The notes beneath the pieces are model-generated. The model was not told where the DNA came from. It ran no database searches and was given only the letters and a program-made list of their open reading frames with translations. 64,000 bases of DNA from Deltaproteobacteria bacterium (lineage in GTDB: Bacteria > Bdellovibrionota_B > Oligoflexia > Oligoflexales > Bog-1112). Numbering within the stretch: position 1 is the stretch's first letter; every line of letters begins with the position of its first letter. The stretch is taken from positions 1-64,000 of the forward strand of contig JAHFAI010000005.1 of NCBI GenBank assembly GCA_023250635.1, in the 5' to 3' direction. Positions 28,759-37,888 of the stretch are shown piece by piece. The translations under genes and the position numbers were made by a program.

Positions 28759-29358
28759 CTAGGATTTTTCTCTGGTTTTGGCGCTGCCTACCACTTCGTC
28801 TACTATGCCGTAGTCGCGTGCCATTTTTGCCGACATGTAATTATAGCGGTCTATATCGCTTATAACCTTCTCGTAAGGCTTGGCCGTATGCAGCGCTAAA
28901 ATCTCGCACATCCGTTTGCGCTGCGCCAATACTTCCTGAGCCTGAATATTGATATCGGTAGCCTGTCCAGTCGCACCGCCAAAAGGCTGATGGATCATAA
29001 TGCGCGAATTCGGTAGGGCATAACGCTTGCCTGCTTGTCCTGCAGCTAAGAGCCAGGCCCCCATATTAGCACATTGGCCGATACAATAGGTGCGCACATT
29101 AGAGCGAATATGCTGCATCGCATCGTAAATCGCCATTCCCGCTGAAACTGAGCCCCCGGGAGAATTGATATACAGATGAATATCCTTTTCCGGATCCTCG
29201 CTCTCCAAAAACAAGAGCTGGGCAACTACCACGTTGGCGATCTCATCAACAATGGGAGTCCCTAAAATAATGATACGGTCACGCAGCAGGCGCGAATAAA
29301 TATCCCACGACCGCTCACCTCTGCTGGTGCTTTCTACTACAATCGGTACTAATGCCAT
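28759..29358 (-). CDS. clpP: ClpP-family subunit with a non-canonical triad (Asn98-His123-Tyr172); predicted catalytically inactive, ClpR-like
   Basis: Collinear, ungapped match to my remembered E. coli and B. subtilis ClpP sequences. [11 protein letters not shown] aligns with GQAASMGAF, with AAT at 29065-29067. [11 protein letters not shown] aligns with RDTERDRFLSA, with TAT at 28843-28845. IMIHQP is retained. ATG 29358 is preceded by AGAGGAG. Confidence 0.85.
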   Translation of the reverse strand: MALVPIVVESTSRGERSWDIYSRLLRDRIIILGTPIVDEIANVVVAQLLFLESEDPEKDIHLYINSPGGSVSAGMAIYDAMQHIRSNVRTYCIGQCANMGAWLLAAGQAGKRYALPNSRIMIHQPFGGATGQATDINIQAQEVLAQRKRMCEILALHTAKPYEKVISDIDRYNYMSAKMARDYGIVDEVVGSAKTREKS

Positions 29359-29430
29359 GCTCAAAGCTCCTCTACCCTAAATTCGCTGCTAGCCCCACCA
29401 TAAGTCAGAACTGCACAGCTGACAAGTTAA

Positions 29431-29461
29431 AGCACCGTCACCCCGGGGGCCTGACAGTGCT
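29431..29461. promoter_or_regulatory. Inverted repeat about 70-100 nt upstream of clpP and 28 nt downstream of the tig stop
   Basis: AGCACCGTCA (29431-29440), an 11-nt spacer CCCCGGGGGCC and TGACAGTGCT (29452-29461). The geometry is AGCACC-N19-AGTGCT. The minus strand reads TTAGCACTG..., which is like a CIRCE half-site. Confidence 0.45.
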
Positions 29462-29489
29462 AAACGAGAAAGAGAGAGAGACTCTGTTT

Positions 29490-30773
29490 TTACAGCACCA
29501 CGGGAGTTGTACTACAGATGGCAGAGGCCAGAGCTAGCTGCATAGCTTTTTCAAGTAAGATGCTTTCTCGTACCTGCTGACCAACCTTTTCCATAAGCGT
29601 CGCAAGTTGCTGACTCGTCGCCTTGGCTAATTCAGCATAGCGCTTGAGCAGCTCCTCGTGCACTTCGCTATCGCTTACTTCAATGGCCTCTTCCTTGCCT
29701 ATTTGCCAGAGAATCAGGGTATTTTTAACCTTGGTAGTCGCCTCAGCTCGCAGCGATTTACGCACTTCAGAGTCGCGTTGGGCTTTTTTCTTATCTTCAT
29801 CATTGAGAAAAGTATATTCCTGAATCATGGAGTCGATGGTTTGATCCACCAGTACCGGAGGAACTTCAAAATCCAACTGAGTACTCAACGCTTTAAAAAA
29901 TTCTTCGCGCTTGGAACGATCCTCTTGCTCAGCGCTATATTGGTGTAACTGCTCGCGAATTTTTTGACGCAATTCACCGAGATCGGCACAATTCATATCT
30001 TTAGCAAATTGATCGTCGATTACCGGGATGCTCAATTGCTTAAGGTCTTCAAGAATCACCGTCAGCGCTACTGCTTTACCAGCAAGAGCGGCATCACCAT
30101 AATCACCGGGCAAGGAGAAAGCCAATTCTTTGCTCTCGCCTTTTTTCATCCCGAGCATGCCTGCTTCTAACATCGGTAAGACTTCGCCTTCACCAAGGGC
30201 AATCGCTGCCGACTTTACCTCCACGGCAGGATGCGCCACCCCATCCACCGTGCCATGATGAGTGATGGTGCCTAAATGTCCCTGGGCAGCGGCAACCCCT
30301 TCAGCAAGATCACTGGCCGTAGCCATCCTTCGCGCCAAGGCCTTGAGTTCACGATCCACGGTGGTTTCAGTAAAGCTATATTCCTTAGGGGCGAGGCTTA
30401 GCCCCTTGTAACAAGCGTTTAAAACCAGCTGGGGCATCAAATCAACGACTGCAGAGAAGCTGTACTCACTGTCCATTGACGGTACGTCACGGATTTCTAC
30501 GACTGGAGCCGAAATTACTTTAATCTGATTTTCGCTAATCGCTGAATAGAGATGATCATCCACTAACACATCAGCCACATCGCGAGCTGCTTGATGGCTA
30601 TACAGGCGTTTAATTACCGTGAGTGGAGCCTTGCCGGGGCGAAAGCCATCAATCCGGGCTTTTTTCTGTAAGCCAGCATAAACCTTATTAAAGGCTTTGG
30701 TAACCACATCGCTCGGCACCGTAATCGAAACCCGTCGCTGGACGGAATTAAGTTCTTCAACTGTTGCTTTCAT
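29490..30773 (-). CDS. tig: Trigger factor
   Basis: N-terminal MKATVEELNSVQRRVSITVP..., 427 aa, and a position upstream of clpP-clpX-lon. Confidence 0.93.
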   Translation of the reverse strand: MKATVEELNSVQRRVSITVPSDVVTKAFNKVYAGLQKKARIDGFRPGKAPLTVIKRLYSHQAARDVADVLVDDHLYSAISENQIKVISAPVVEIRDVPSMDSEYSFSAVVDLMPQLVLNACYKGLSLAPKEYSFTETTVDRELKALARRMATASDLAEGVAAAQGHLGTITHHGTVDGVAHPAVEVKSAAIALGEGEVLPMLEAGMLGMKKGESKELAFSLPGDYGDAALAGKAVALTVILEDLKQLSIPVIDDQFAKDMNCADLGELRQKIREQLHQYSAEQEDRSKREEFFKALSTQLDFEVPPVLVDQTIDSMIQEYTFLNDEDKKKAQRDSEVRKSLRAEATTKVKNTLILWQIGKEEAIEVSDSEVHEELLKRYAELAKATSQQLATLMEKVGQQVRESILLEKAMQLALASAICSTTPVVL

Positions 30774-30903
30774 AAAGGAGGATCTCCCCGTGCCAAGATG
30801 TTGCTGGAGTGCTGAGAATAGCCGGCTCCCTGCGACAATAGTGTAAGAAAAAACGCAATTTATAACTCGAAGACGCGCTCTGTCAACTACGGAACGCTAT
30901 GGC

Positions 30904-32220
30904 TTAAGGGAGGGATTCAAGAATTTCCTTAATAGTAGCCAAAAATTTTGCTCCTCCTTCACCATCAATTAGGCGATGATCAAAGGTAAGGCCGAGCTGA
31001 CAGAGGGGACGAGCCACAACCGCACCGTTTAGTAGCACCGGCTTATCAAGAATCGCGCCAATGCTCAAAATTGCCACCTGCGGCTGATTAATAATCGGCT
31101 GGGAATGGAGACTGCCAAACATGCCTGGGTTGGTAAGGGTAAAAGTCCCGCCATGTACATCCTCAGGCAGGAGTTTATTGTCCCGAGCTCGCTGAACCAA
31201 AACCCCAAGGCGAGCCGCTAGTTCCTGCAGCTCGAGCCCCCCAGCCAAATTCTTAAGCACCGGCACTAGCAAGCCGCGCGGGGTTGCCACCGCACAGCCG
31301 ATATTGATTTCTTTGCGCCAGAGAATTTCTTCTCCATCGAGTGCAGCATTTACCTCTGGGTGCTTCACCAAAGCTAGGGCTGCGGCATAGAGGAAATACG
31401 GGGTATAGCTTAAGGAAAAACCATGGGTGGTGGTAAAAGCCGCCTGATGAGCCTGACGATGGCGGCGAACCTTATCCAGATCAATTTCGAAGGTAGTCGT
31501 GACGTGAGGAGAAGTCCGCAGCGAACGGAGCATATGCTCGGCAGTAAGCCGGCGAATCCTTGTCATCGGCTCTCGAGTAATACTCGTGCCCTCGAGATAT
31601 TCCTGCTCTCCCTGCCAGGTGGTGGTCAGGCGGGGAGATTCTCCCAGCAGGGGGCTGGCAAGCGGCCTTGGACGAGAGAGGTGCTGGTGGGCGTGGTCGA
31701 GGACATCATCCTTGGTGATCCTCCCACTCAGCCCTGTTCCCGAAATTTCGGCAAGGGGTATTTGGTACTCGCGGGCAAGGGAGCAAGCCAGGGGGGAAGC
31801 AGAAACCCTGAGCAGTTGACGGCTAACCAGCAACTGCTCAGCAACACCGGCGATAGGGGGCGGAGCAACCCGGGCTCTAGATGCTGAGAGGGGACGAGAA
31901 GTCGTAACGGCTGCGGCCTTGCTTGCCACGGGGCTGAGTAAGGTTGCAGGAACGCTGGTATCAATGCTGGTGCCGAGCAAGGCAATTAGCTGATCCACCT
32001 GTGCAAACTCTCCGGCTGCGGAGAAAATTGCCAGGAGAAAGCCTTCGGCTGGAGAAGCAATTTCGGTATCAACTTTATCGGTGGAAATTTCCAGTAACGG
32101 CTCATTTTTTGTGACGTGATCGCCAACTTTTTTGAGCCATTTAACCACGCTTGCTTCTTGGATTCCCTCCCCCATTGAGGGCAGGGTAACCGGATGCAGA
32201 TCTTTAGGTAAGCTCTCCAC
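30904..32220 (-). CDS. 2-oxoacid dehydrogenase E2 (dihydrolipoamide acyltransferase); complex type not assigned
   Basis: Lipoyl domain EISTDKVDTEIASP, E3-binding segment ASPLACSLAREYQIPL...GTGLSGRITKDDV, catalytic DHRLIDG. Confidence 0.85.
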   Translation of the reverse strand: MESLPKDLHPVTLPSMGEGIQEASVVKWLKKVGDHVTKNEPLLEISTDKVDTEIASPAEGFLLAIFSAAGEFAQVDQLIALLGTSIDTSVPATLLSPVASKAAAVTTSRPLSASRARVAPPPIAGVAEQLLVSRQLLRVSASPLACSLAREYQIPLAEISGTGLSGRITKDDVLDHAHQHLSRPRPLASPLLGESPRLTTTWQGEQEYLEGTSITREPMTRIRRLTAEHMLRSLRTSPHVTTTFEIDLDKVRRHRQAHQAAFTTTHGFSLSYTPYFLYAAALALVKHPEVNAALDGEEILWRKEINIGCAVATPRGLLVPVLKNLAGGLELQELAARLGVLVQRARDNKLLPEDVHGGTFTLTNPGMFGSLHSQPIINQPQVAILSIGAILDKPVLLNGAVVARPLCQLGLTFDHRLIDGEGGAKFLATIKEILESLP

Positions 32221-32240
32221 TGAGTGTCATCCTCCACAAA

Positions 32241-33650
32241 TTAAAGATGTATGCCTCCCCCATCAGCCATGTGGGCCGCTTCCATAATGGTCTCGGCGAT
32301 GGTCGGATGAGGGTGAATCGCGTGACCAAATTCATCCACCGTGGCCTCGAGCATTTTGCCCAAGACAAATTCACTGATCAACTCGGTGGCTCGAGCCCCG
32401 ATAATATGCACCCCGAGAATTTCCCGATATTTGGTCCCATAGAGAATTTTTATAAAGCCATCACGGGCATTTTCAATCTTCGCCTTAGCCAGTGGAGCAA
32501 AGGGAAATGTAACCTTTTCGAAAGCAATACCTTCTTTGACCAGCAGGGCCTCAGTCATTCCTAAACTCGCTACTTCGGGATAGGTGTAAATCCCCGAGGG
32601 ATTGCTCGAGTAGTCGAGGGGAGTGAGGGAACGTCCCGCAATTATTTCCACGGCATGTTTTGCTTCCGCAGAAGCGGTATGGGCGAGGGCCGGGGTATTA
32701 ATGATATCGCCCACCGCAAAAATACCCGGCACACTGCTTTGATAATGGCTATCAACCCGCACAAAGGGACCATCCATGGCAAGCCCCAAGGCTTCAAGCC
32801 CCATATCTTTCACTTGCGCAAGACGCCCTATGGAGGTCAGCACTATCTCGGCACTGAGCTCACTGCTGGTCTCTGCTTGCGAGGTTTTATAGGTGACCTG
32901 TAGGCCTTTTTTGCTGAGTTTACAGCCGGTAAAGGTAGCTGCGGTGATCACCGTAACATTTTGTTTTTTGAGCAAGCGAGTAAGCTCACTGACCACTTCC
33001 ACATCTTCGCTTGGCAAAATTTGCTTTTGCATTTCGAGCACCGTTACCATCGAGCCAAAACGACCAAAGAGCGAGGCAAACTCCATCCCTACCACCCCCC
33101 CACCGATGATCACCATACTGCTTGGTACATGATCAATAGAAAGGATGGAATCCGAAGTAAAAATATGCTGGCCATCAGCGTGCGCTCCCGGCAACTCACG
33201 CACTGCCGACCCCGTTGCTAAGAGCACGGCTTTTTTTGCCCGCAGCTTAAACGTCTCTCCTCCCGCAGCAGCGACTACCACCAGGTTTTTTTCGCCGAGA
33301 CGAGCCCGTCCCACTACTCGGGTGACTTTGTTTTTTTTCATCAGAAAAGTAAGGCCATTGCGCTGCTGATTGACTACTTCGTTTTTGCGCGCAAGGATTT
33401 TTTCCCAACTAAAACTAAGATTTTCTGCTGCCAATCCCCAGTGACTCAACTGCTGCACCTGGCTCCACATTTTTGCCGATTCGATTAAAGCTTTGGTGGG
33501 TATACAACCGAAGTTCAGACAGGTGCCACCTAGATGCTCGTATTGTTCGACGATGGCAACGCTTAGCCCCAGCTGTGCGGCTCGGATTGCCCCCACCTCA
33601 CCAGCTGGTCCCGCCCCAATAATGATTAAATCATAGGAGTTTATTTCCAT
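32241..33650 (-). CDS. lpdA: Dihydrolipoyl dehydrogenase (E3)
   Basis: GAGPAG FAD motif, redox-active GGTCLNFGCIPTK, C-terminal HPHPTIAE. Confidence 0.9.
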   Translation of the reverse strand: MEINSYDLIIIGAGPAGEVGAIRAAQLGLSVAIVEQYEHLGGTCLNFGCIPTKALIESAKMWSQVQQLSHWGLAAENLSFSWEKILARKNEVVNQQRNGLTFLMKKNKVTRVVGRARLGEKNLVVVAAAGGETFKLRAKKAVLLATGSAVRELPGAHADGQHIFTSDSILSIDHVPSSMVIIGGGVVGMEFASLFGRFGSMVTVLEMQKQILPSEDVEVVSELTRLLKKQNVTVITAATFTGCKLSKKGLQVTYKTSQAETSSELSAEIVLTSIGRLAQVKDMGLEALGLAMDGPFVRVDSHYQSSVPGIFAVGDIINTPALAHTASAEAKHAVEIIAGRSLTPLDYSSNPSGIYTYPEVASLGMTEALLVKEGIAFEKVTFPFAPLAKAKIENARDGFIKILYGTKYREILGVHIIGARATELISEFVLGKMLEATVDEFGHAIHPHPTIAETIMEAAHMADGGGIHL

Positions 33651-33670
33651 GTGCTGTCCTCATAATGCTA

Positions 33671-34264
33671 CTAAAACTGTTGGCCAAGGCTTAACACCCG
33701 ATCTTGCAGCTCCCCCACCCCCTTGCCGGTAGAGTTAGAAATAAAATACAGGGCATCGACCGCAATTTTCTTACCCGTCAATACCTTGCTAATAGCAGTC
33801 TTACGTTTGGCTAAATCCTTGGCATTTACCTTGTCAATTTTGGTGAGGACAATAGAAAGTGGCACCTGGGCACTGAGCCGACGCATAAATGCCAACTCAA
33901 ACTCCTCCCAATCGCGGCGCACATCGCACAAACAGAGAAAGACTGCCAAATTAGGCCGCAAAAAATAAGCATCCATCAACTCTTGCCAATGCTGGGTAAC
34001 TTTACCTCCGGCACTTTGAAAGCCATAACCAGGCAAATCCGCAAAAATCATCTGCGCCGAAGCACTGAGCTCCAGCTGAAAAAAATTAACCATCTGGGTG
34101 CTTCCAGGACGGGCAGAGGTACGAGCAAGGCTTTTTCGTCCCATCAGGCTATTGAGAAGGGAAGACTTACCACTGTTGGATCGACCGATAAAGGCTATTT
34201 CCGGTAAACTGTAAGCCGGCAATTGGCTTGCATTTTGAGCACTGGTCAGATAGGAAGATTTCAT
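33671..34264 (-). CDS. engB: Ribosome biogenesis GTPase EngB/YsxC
   Basis: G1 GRSNSGKSS, G3 DLPGYG, G4 TKIDK. ATG 34264 gives 197 aa. Confidence 0.85.
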   Translation of the reverse strand: MKSSYLTSAQNASQLPAYSLPEIAFIGRSNSGKSSLLNSLMGRKSLARTSARPGSTQMVNFFQLELSASAQMIFADLPGYGFQSAGGKVTQHWQELMDAYFLRPNLAVFLCLCDVRRDWEEFELAFMRRLSAQVPLSIVLTKIDKVNAKDLAKRKTAISKVLTGKKIAVDALYFISNSTGKGVGELQDRVLSLGQQF

Positions 34265-34335
34265 ACAATACCTTTTTGGGGATAGAGACCTGGCAAGCAT
34301 TTACCCCTACCACCTTATCTAAAGGTACCGCTACC

Positions 34336-36201
34336 ATGGCACGCATACATTTGCTCGGCGATGATATTATTAATAAAATAGCGGCTGGCGAAGTAATTGA
34401 CCGACCGGCGAGCATCGTTAAAGAGCTCGTCGAAAATGCCATTGATGCCTCAAGCGACGCTATTACCATAGAACTTCTTGATGGCGGATGCAAACAGATC
34501 ATTATCCGAGATAATGGCTGCGGCATGCCCCCTGAGGATGCCCGCTTAGCCATCACCCGTCATGCCACCAGCAAAATTTCTTCAGCAGACGATTTATTTG
34601 CGATTCATTCTCTGGGCTTTCGTGGCGAAGCTCTTGCCGCTATTGCTAGCGTGAGCAAACTCTCCCTCAGTACCTTCGCTGAAGGAGAACATCACAGCGG
34701 AGGAATTACCCTCAGCTGGCATGGTGGCCAGCTGGTGGAAGAAAAAACGTGGTTCGCTCCCTCAGTCGGCACCGTTATTGCCATCGAGGATATTTTTTAT
34801 AATATTCCTGTTCGTGCCAAGTTCCTCAAAAGCCCCCTCGGCGAATTCGCCCAATGCTTTGAATTGATTCAGGCCTTTGCCCTGGCCCATCCCCGCATCA
34901 GTTTTCAGTTGCTGCATAACGGCAAAACTAAATTAGCAACCTTTGCTGAACGCAAGCGCGGTCAAGACGATGAGCAGAGTCTCTTTCCCCAACCAGCCCA
35001 GGTCAATGCCCGCATCGCCCAGGTCTGGGGAGAGGAGCTTGCCAGCAGATTGTTGCCCATTGTGGAAAGCAATCAGTTCGGTACGGTACAAGGCTTTATT
35101 TCTCCCCCTGGATTTGAAAAACAAACGGCAAAAAATATTGTCTTTATCGTCAACGGTCGCTACGTCAAAGATAAAGTCCTGCGCTTTGGCATGCAGCGCG
35201 GCTATCACAGTCATTTGCTCAAAGGGGCCTATCCTCAGCTCCTCTGTTTTATCAACTGCGATCCTTCCCTTATCGATGTCAATGTTCATCCCGCCAAAAC
35301 GGAACTGCGTTTCCAATACCCTGCTGAAGTACAGGCCCTGTTAGCCCGAGCTATTCGCCAGGGACTCAGGGCTGCCCAGTGGGCGGGCAGTGATGAACCA
35401 GCTCCGCCAGCCCCAGAGGCAGGGATTCCCTTTCTACCCTCCTATCTTTCATCTGCTTCGCCGCGTCCGCTGGAAGAGAAATTCCCCCGCCTAGCCGTCA
35501 AGCCAACGGAAAAACCAAAGGTGGAATTTTCACCGAAATTTCGTGCGGAAGGACCAGCGCTTTTTGTCCCTCATGCACCAGCCACGGCGGAAATTATCCC
35601 CTGGGCAAGCATGCAGCGCATCGGTTCCCTCTTTAATTGCTACGTCATCCTCGAAGCCCAGGGACGAGTATTGGTGGTCGATCAACATGCCTTCCACGAG
35701 CGCATTCTCTACGAACGCTATAGCAATGACCCGGCATTGATTAAAGATCAGCAGCCGCTGATTATACCAGAGTTGATAAAGCTGGAAGCCCATGCCCTGG
35801 CTGAACTCCAAAACTGCCGGGCCGAGCTGGCTGACCATGGTTTTATATTCCGCTTACTCGAAAGCGAGGAGGAGGGCGGAGTTCCCGCGGAAGAGGGCTG
35901 GCTGGAGATTCAAGGAGTGCCCTTAGTGGTCGCCGGTCGAGACCTTGAGAGACTCTTTCGCGATCTACTCAGTGGAGCTCAGGAACACCCCCTGGAAAAT
36001 CATCATCGCCTCGTGCACCATATTCTTGCCACCCTTGCCTGCCATAGCGCTGTTCGTGCTGGCGAGGAACTGAGCAACACCGATTGGCTTGCCCTGTTAG
36101 CTGCGGCTGAGAAGGTGGATTTTTATCATAATTGCCCTCACGGACGCCGGGTTTTTAAGTGGTTTTCACGACGAGAAGTGGAGGCTTGGTTTGATCGCTA
36201 A
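34336..36201 (+). CDS. mutL: DNA mismatch repair protein MutL (endonuclease-type)
   Basis: GHKL ATPase motif AAGEVIDRPASIVKELVENAIDA and C-terminal endonuclease motif DQHAFHERILYE. ATG 34336 was chosen over the longer track ORF. Confidence 0.93.
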   Translation: MARIHLLGDDIINKIAAGEVIDRPASIVKELVENAIDASSDAITIELLDGGCKQIIIRDNGCGMPPEDARLAITRHATSKISSADDLFAIHSLGFRGEALAAIASVSKLSLSTFAEGEHHSGGITLSWHGGQLVEEKTWFAPSVGTVIAIEDIFYNIPVRAKFLKSPLGEFAQCFELIQAFALAHPRISFQLLHNGKTKLATFAERKRGQDDEQSLFPQPAQVNARIAQVWGEELASRLLPIVESNQFGTVQGFISPPGFEKQTAKNIVFIVNGRYVKDKVLRFGMQRGYHSHLLKGAYPQLLCFINCDPSLIDVNVHPAKTELRFQYPAEVQALLARAIRQGLRAAQWAGSDEPAPPAPEAGIPFLPSYLSSASPRPLEEKFPRLAVKPTEKPKVEFSPKFRAEGPALFVPHAPATAEIIPWASMQRIGSLFNCYVILEAQGRVLVVDQHAFHERILYERYSNDPALIKDQQPLIIPELIKLEAHALAELQNCRAELADHGFIFRLLESEEEGGVPAEEGWLEIQGVPLVVAGRDLERLFRDLLSGAQEHPLENHHRLVHHILATLACHSAVRAGEELSNTDWLALLAAAEKVDFYHNCPHGRRVFKWFSRREVEAWFDR

Positions 36202-37066
36202 GATTCCCTATGTCTGCATCTACGGCGCCACAGGGAGCGGTAAATCCGCGTATGCCCTGAGCCTGGCCAAGAGCGAGCGGGGAGAAATCATCAATGCCGA
36301 CTCGGTGCAATTTTATCGGGGCTTTGCCATAGGCGCTGCCAAGCCCAGTCCTGAAGAACAAGCCGCCATTCCCCACCACCTGCTCGATATCCTCCATAGT
36401 CATGAGGAATTTACCGCTGCTGATTTTGCCCGGCGCGCCCGGCAATTGATTGGCGGGATTTGGCAGCGCGGTAAATTGCCCATTGTGGTGGGTGGCTCGG
36501 GGCTCTATCTACGCTGTCTCTGGGGGGAGAAATTCCACGATCTTCCTGCTGATGCTAGTCTGCAGCAGCAGCTGCGGCAACGAGAGAGCACGGAACTATA
36601 CCGCGAATTACAAACGCGCGACCCTCAACGGGCAGCTGAGCTGCATATCCATGATCGCGTGCGAGTAATGAGATCCCTCGAAGTGTGTCTCTTAAGCGGT
36701 ACAAACTATAGCGAGCTCACCCGCATTGCTGAAGACGAAGATTTTCCTCCCCAGCAACGAATTTTTCTCAATCCTCCGCGGCAACTACTCCTGGAGCGAC
36801 TGGGTAAGCGTACCAGCAAAATGCTTGCTGCCGGCTTAATTGAGGAGGTGGAAGGGCTGCTAGCAGCCTCTTGTTCGCCACAGGCCAAGCCAATGCAGAG
36901 TATTGGGTATAAACAGGTGCTGATGTTTTTGAACGGAGAAATATCCAGCCGAGCAGAACTTGAAGAAAAAATCTACATCGCAACCCGTCAGTACGCTAAA
37001 CGGCAAGTAACCTGGTTTAAAAATTTGAAGCACGATGTAGTCGTCGTGCCCTCGGATCAGGATTAA
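36191..37066 (+). CDS. miaA: tRNA dimethylallyltransferase
   Basis: P-loop GATGSGKS and INADSVQFYRGFAIGAAKPS. The TTG start overlaps the end of mutL. Confidence 0.88.
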   Translation: MIAKIPYVCIYGATGSGKSAYALSLAKSERGEIINADSVQFYRGFAIGAAKPSPEEQAAIPHHLLDILHSHEEFTAADFARRARQLIGGIWQRGKLPIVVGGSGLYLRCLWGEKFHDLPADASLQQQLRQRESTELYRELQTRDPQRAAELHIHDRVRVMRSLEVCLLSGTNYSELTRIAEDEDFPPQQRIFLNPPRQLLLERLGKRTSKMLAAGLIEEVEGLLAASCSPQAKPMQSIGYKQVLMFLNGEISSRAELEEKIYIATRQYAKRQVTWFKNLKHDVVVVPSDQD

Positions 37067-37395
37067 GCGAGCTGATCTTCCTGAGCCTTCTCAGTTCCCA
37101 ACCAATGCCGCCATCCTTGCCAGCCCTTGGTTTTGTAGATGCCATCCGGATGAGCAGGAACATCGTTTGGCCGCACCGGTAAACCGGCGTTTGTACCTTT
37201 GACATAATCACGCCATTGTTTGCGCGACTGCAGATTCAAGCCAGCGGCAAAGAGACGCGCCTCCTCAAAAGACCGGTATTTCTTGGCGCGATTACGCGAG
37301 GCCTTAGCCATTCCCAAAACGCCTGAGGCCACAGCCTCACTGCCTTTTTCACCCCTAAAACCACGACTATCTTTGAATTGATTTTCGATTTCCAT
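37063..37395 (-). CDS. Small protein with one W-x2-Y...GW-x-GW-x2-WLG module ('integrase-repeat'-like)
   Basis: YRSFEEARLFAAGLNLQSRKQWRDYVKG...PNDVPAHPDGIYKTKGWQGWRHWLGT. From memory this matches a repeat unit seen in mobile-element or methylase-associated proteins (name unverified). Confidence 0.5.
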   Translation of the reverse strand: MEIENQFKDSRGFRGEKGSEAVASGVLGMAKASRNRAKKYRSFEEARLFAAGLNLQSRKQWRDYVKGTNAGLPVRPNDVPAHPDGIYKTKGWQGWRHWLGTEKAQEDQLA

Positions 37396-37636
37396 GACCT
37401 TATCCTTTGCTTGCGATTTATCGTTAGCTAAAAAATATAAAGCTTCTTCAAGGTGCTTTTAGGCACGTTCTCGGAGGTTCTTGTGCTTGTTACATGCTAC
37501 CTACGTAGCCTTTATTCCCTACCTCTCGATATAATAGAGCGGCCATCGGTGTCAATCTGAATCGCCATATTCATGAATGGAAGGGAGATGCGCAGCAAAC
37601 AAAGGAGAGGTGTAACGACAAAACGTAGGAGGGATT

Positions 37637-37888
37637 TTATCGAGACGTCACCTCGCATACATGTTTTATCCCAAGGACATTGCCGCAGCGCGTGCATATC
37701 TCAATAATGGTTTCATCGTTTCTCTCAACCCGAGCTTCTCTAAAAGAACGTGCGGCTCGTGCCCCTCCCTGACTATGACCAAATAAAAAGGGAGAAATCC
37801 CCAAGGTTCTCAGCAATTTTTTAAACCACTGTTGAGCAAGAAAAAAACCAACAAGCCACACGCTTATTTTAAATAACAGCGCAATCAT
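37637..37888 (-). CDS. Hypothetical membrane-anchored small protein (83 aa) with C-terminal CxxC
   Basis: N-terminal TM segment and C-terminal ICTRCGN...HVC. Its ATG overlaps the upstream gene's stop (ATGA). Confidence 0.4.
   Translation of the reverse strand: MIALLFKISVWLVGFFLAQQWFKKLLRTLGISPFLFGHSQGGARAARSFREARVERNDETIIEICTRCGNVLGIKHVCEVTSR

Noticed and set aside
29431-29461. Calling the clpP and lon upstream repeats canonical HrcA-CIRCE operators
   Set aside because: CIRCE has a 9-nt spacer between 9-bp arms. Here the conserved hexamers are separated by 18-19 nt, and the arms differ outside the core. I kept them only as CIRCE-like elements of unknown function.
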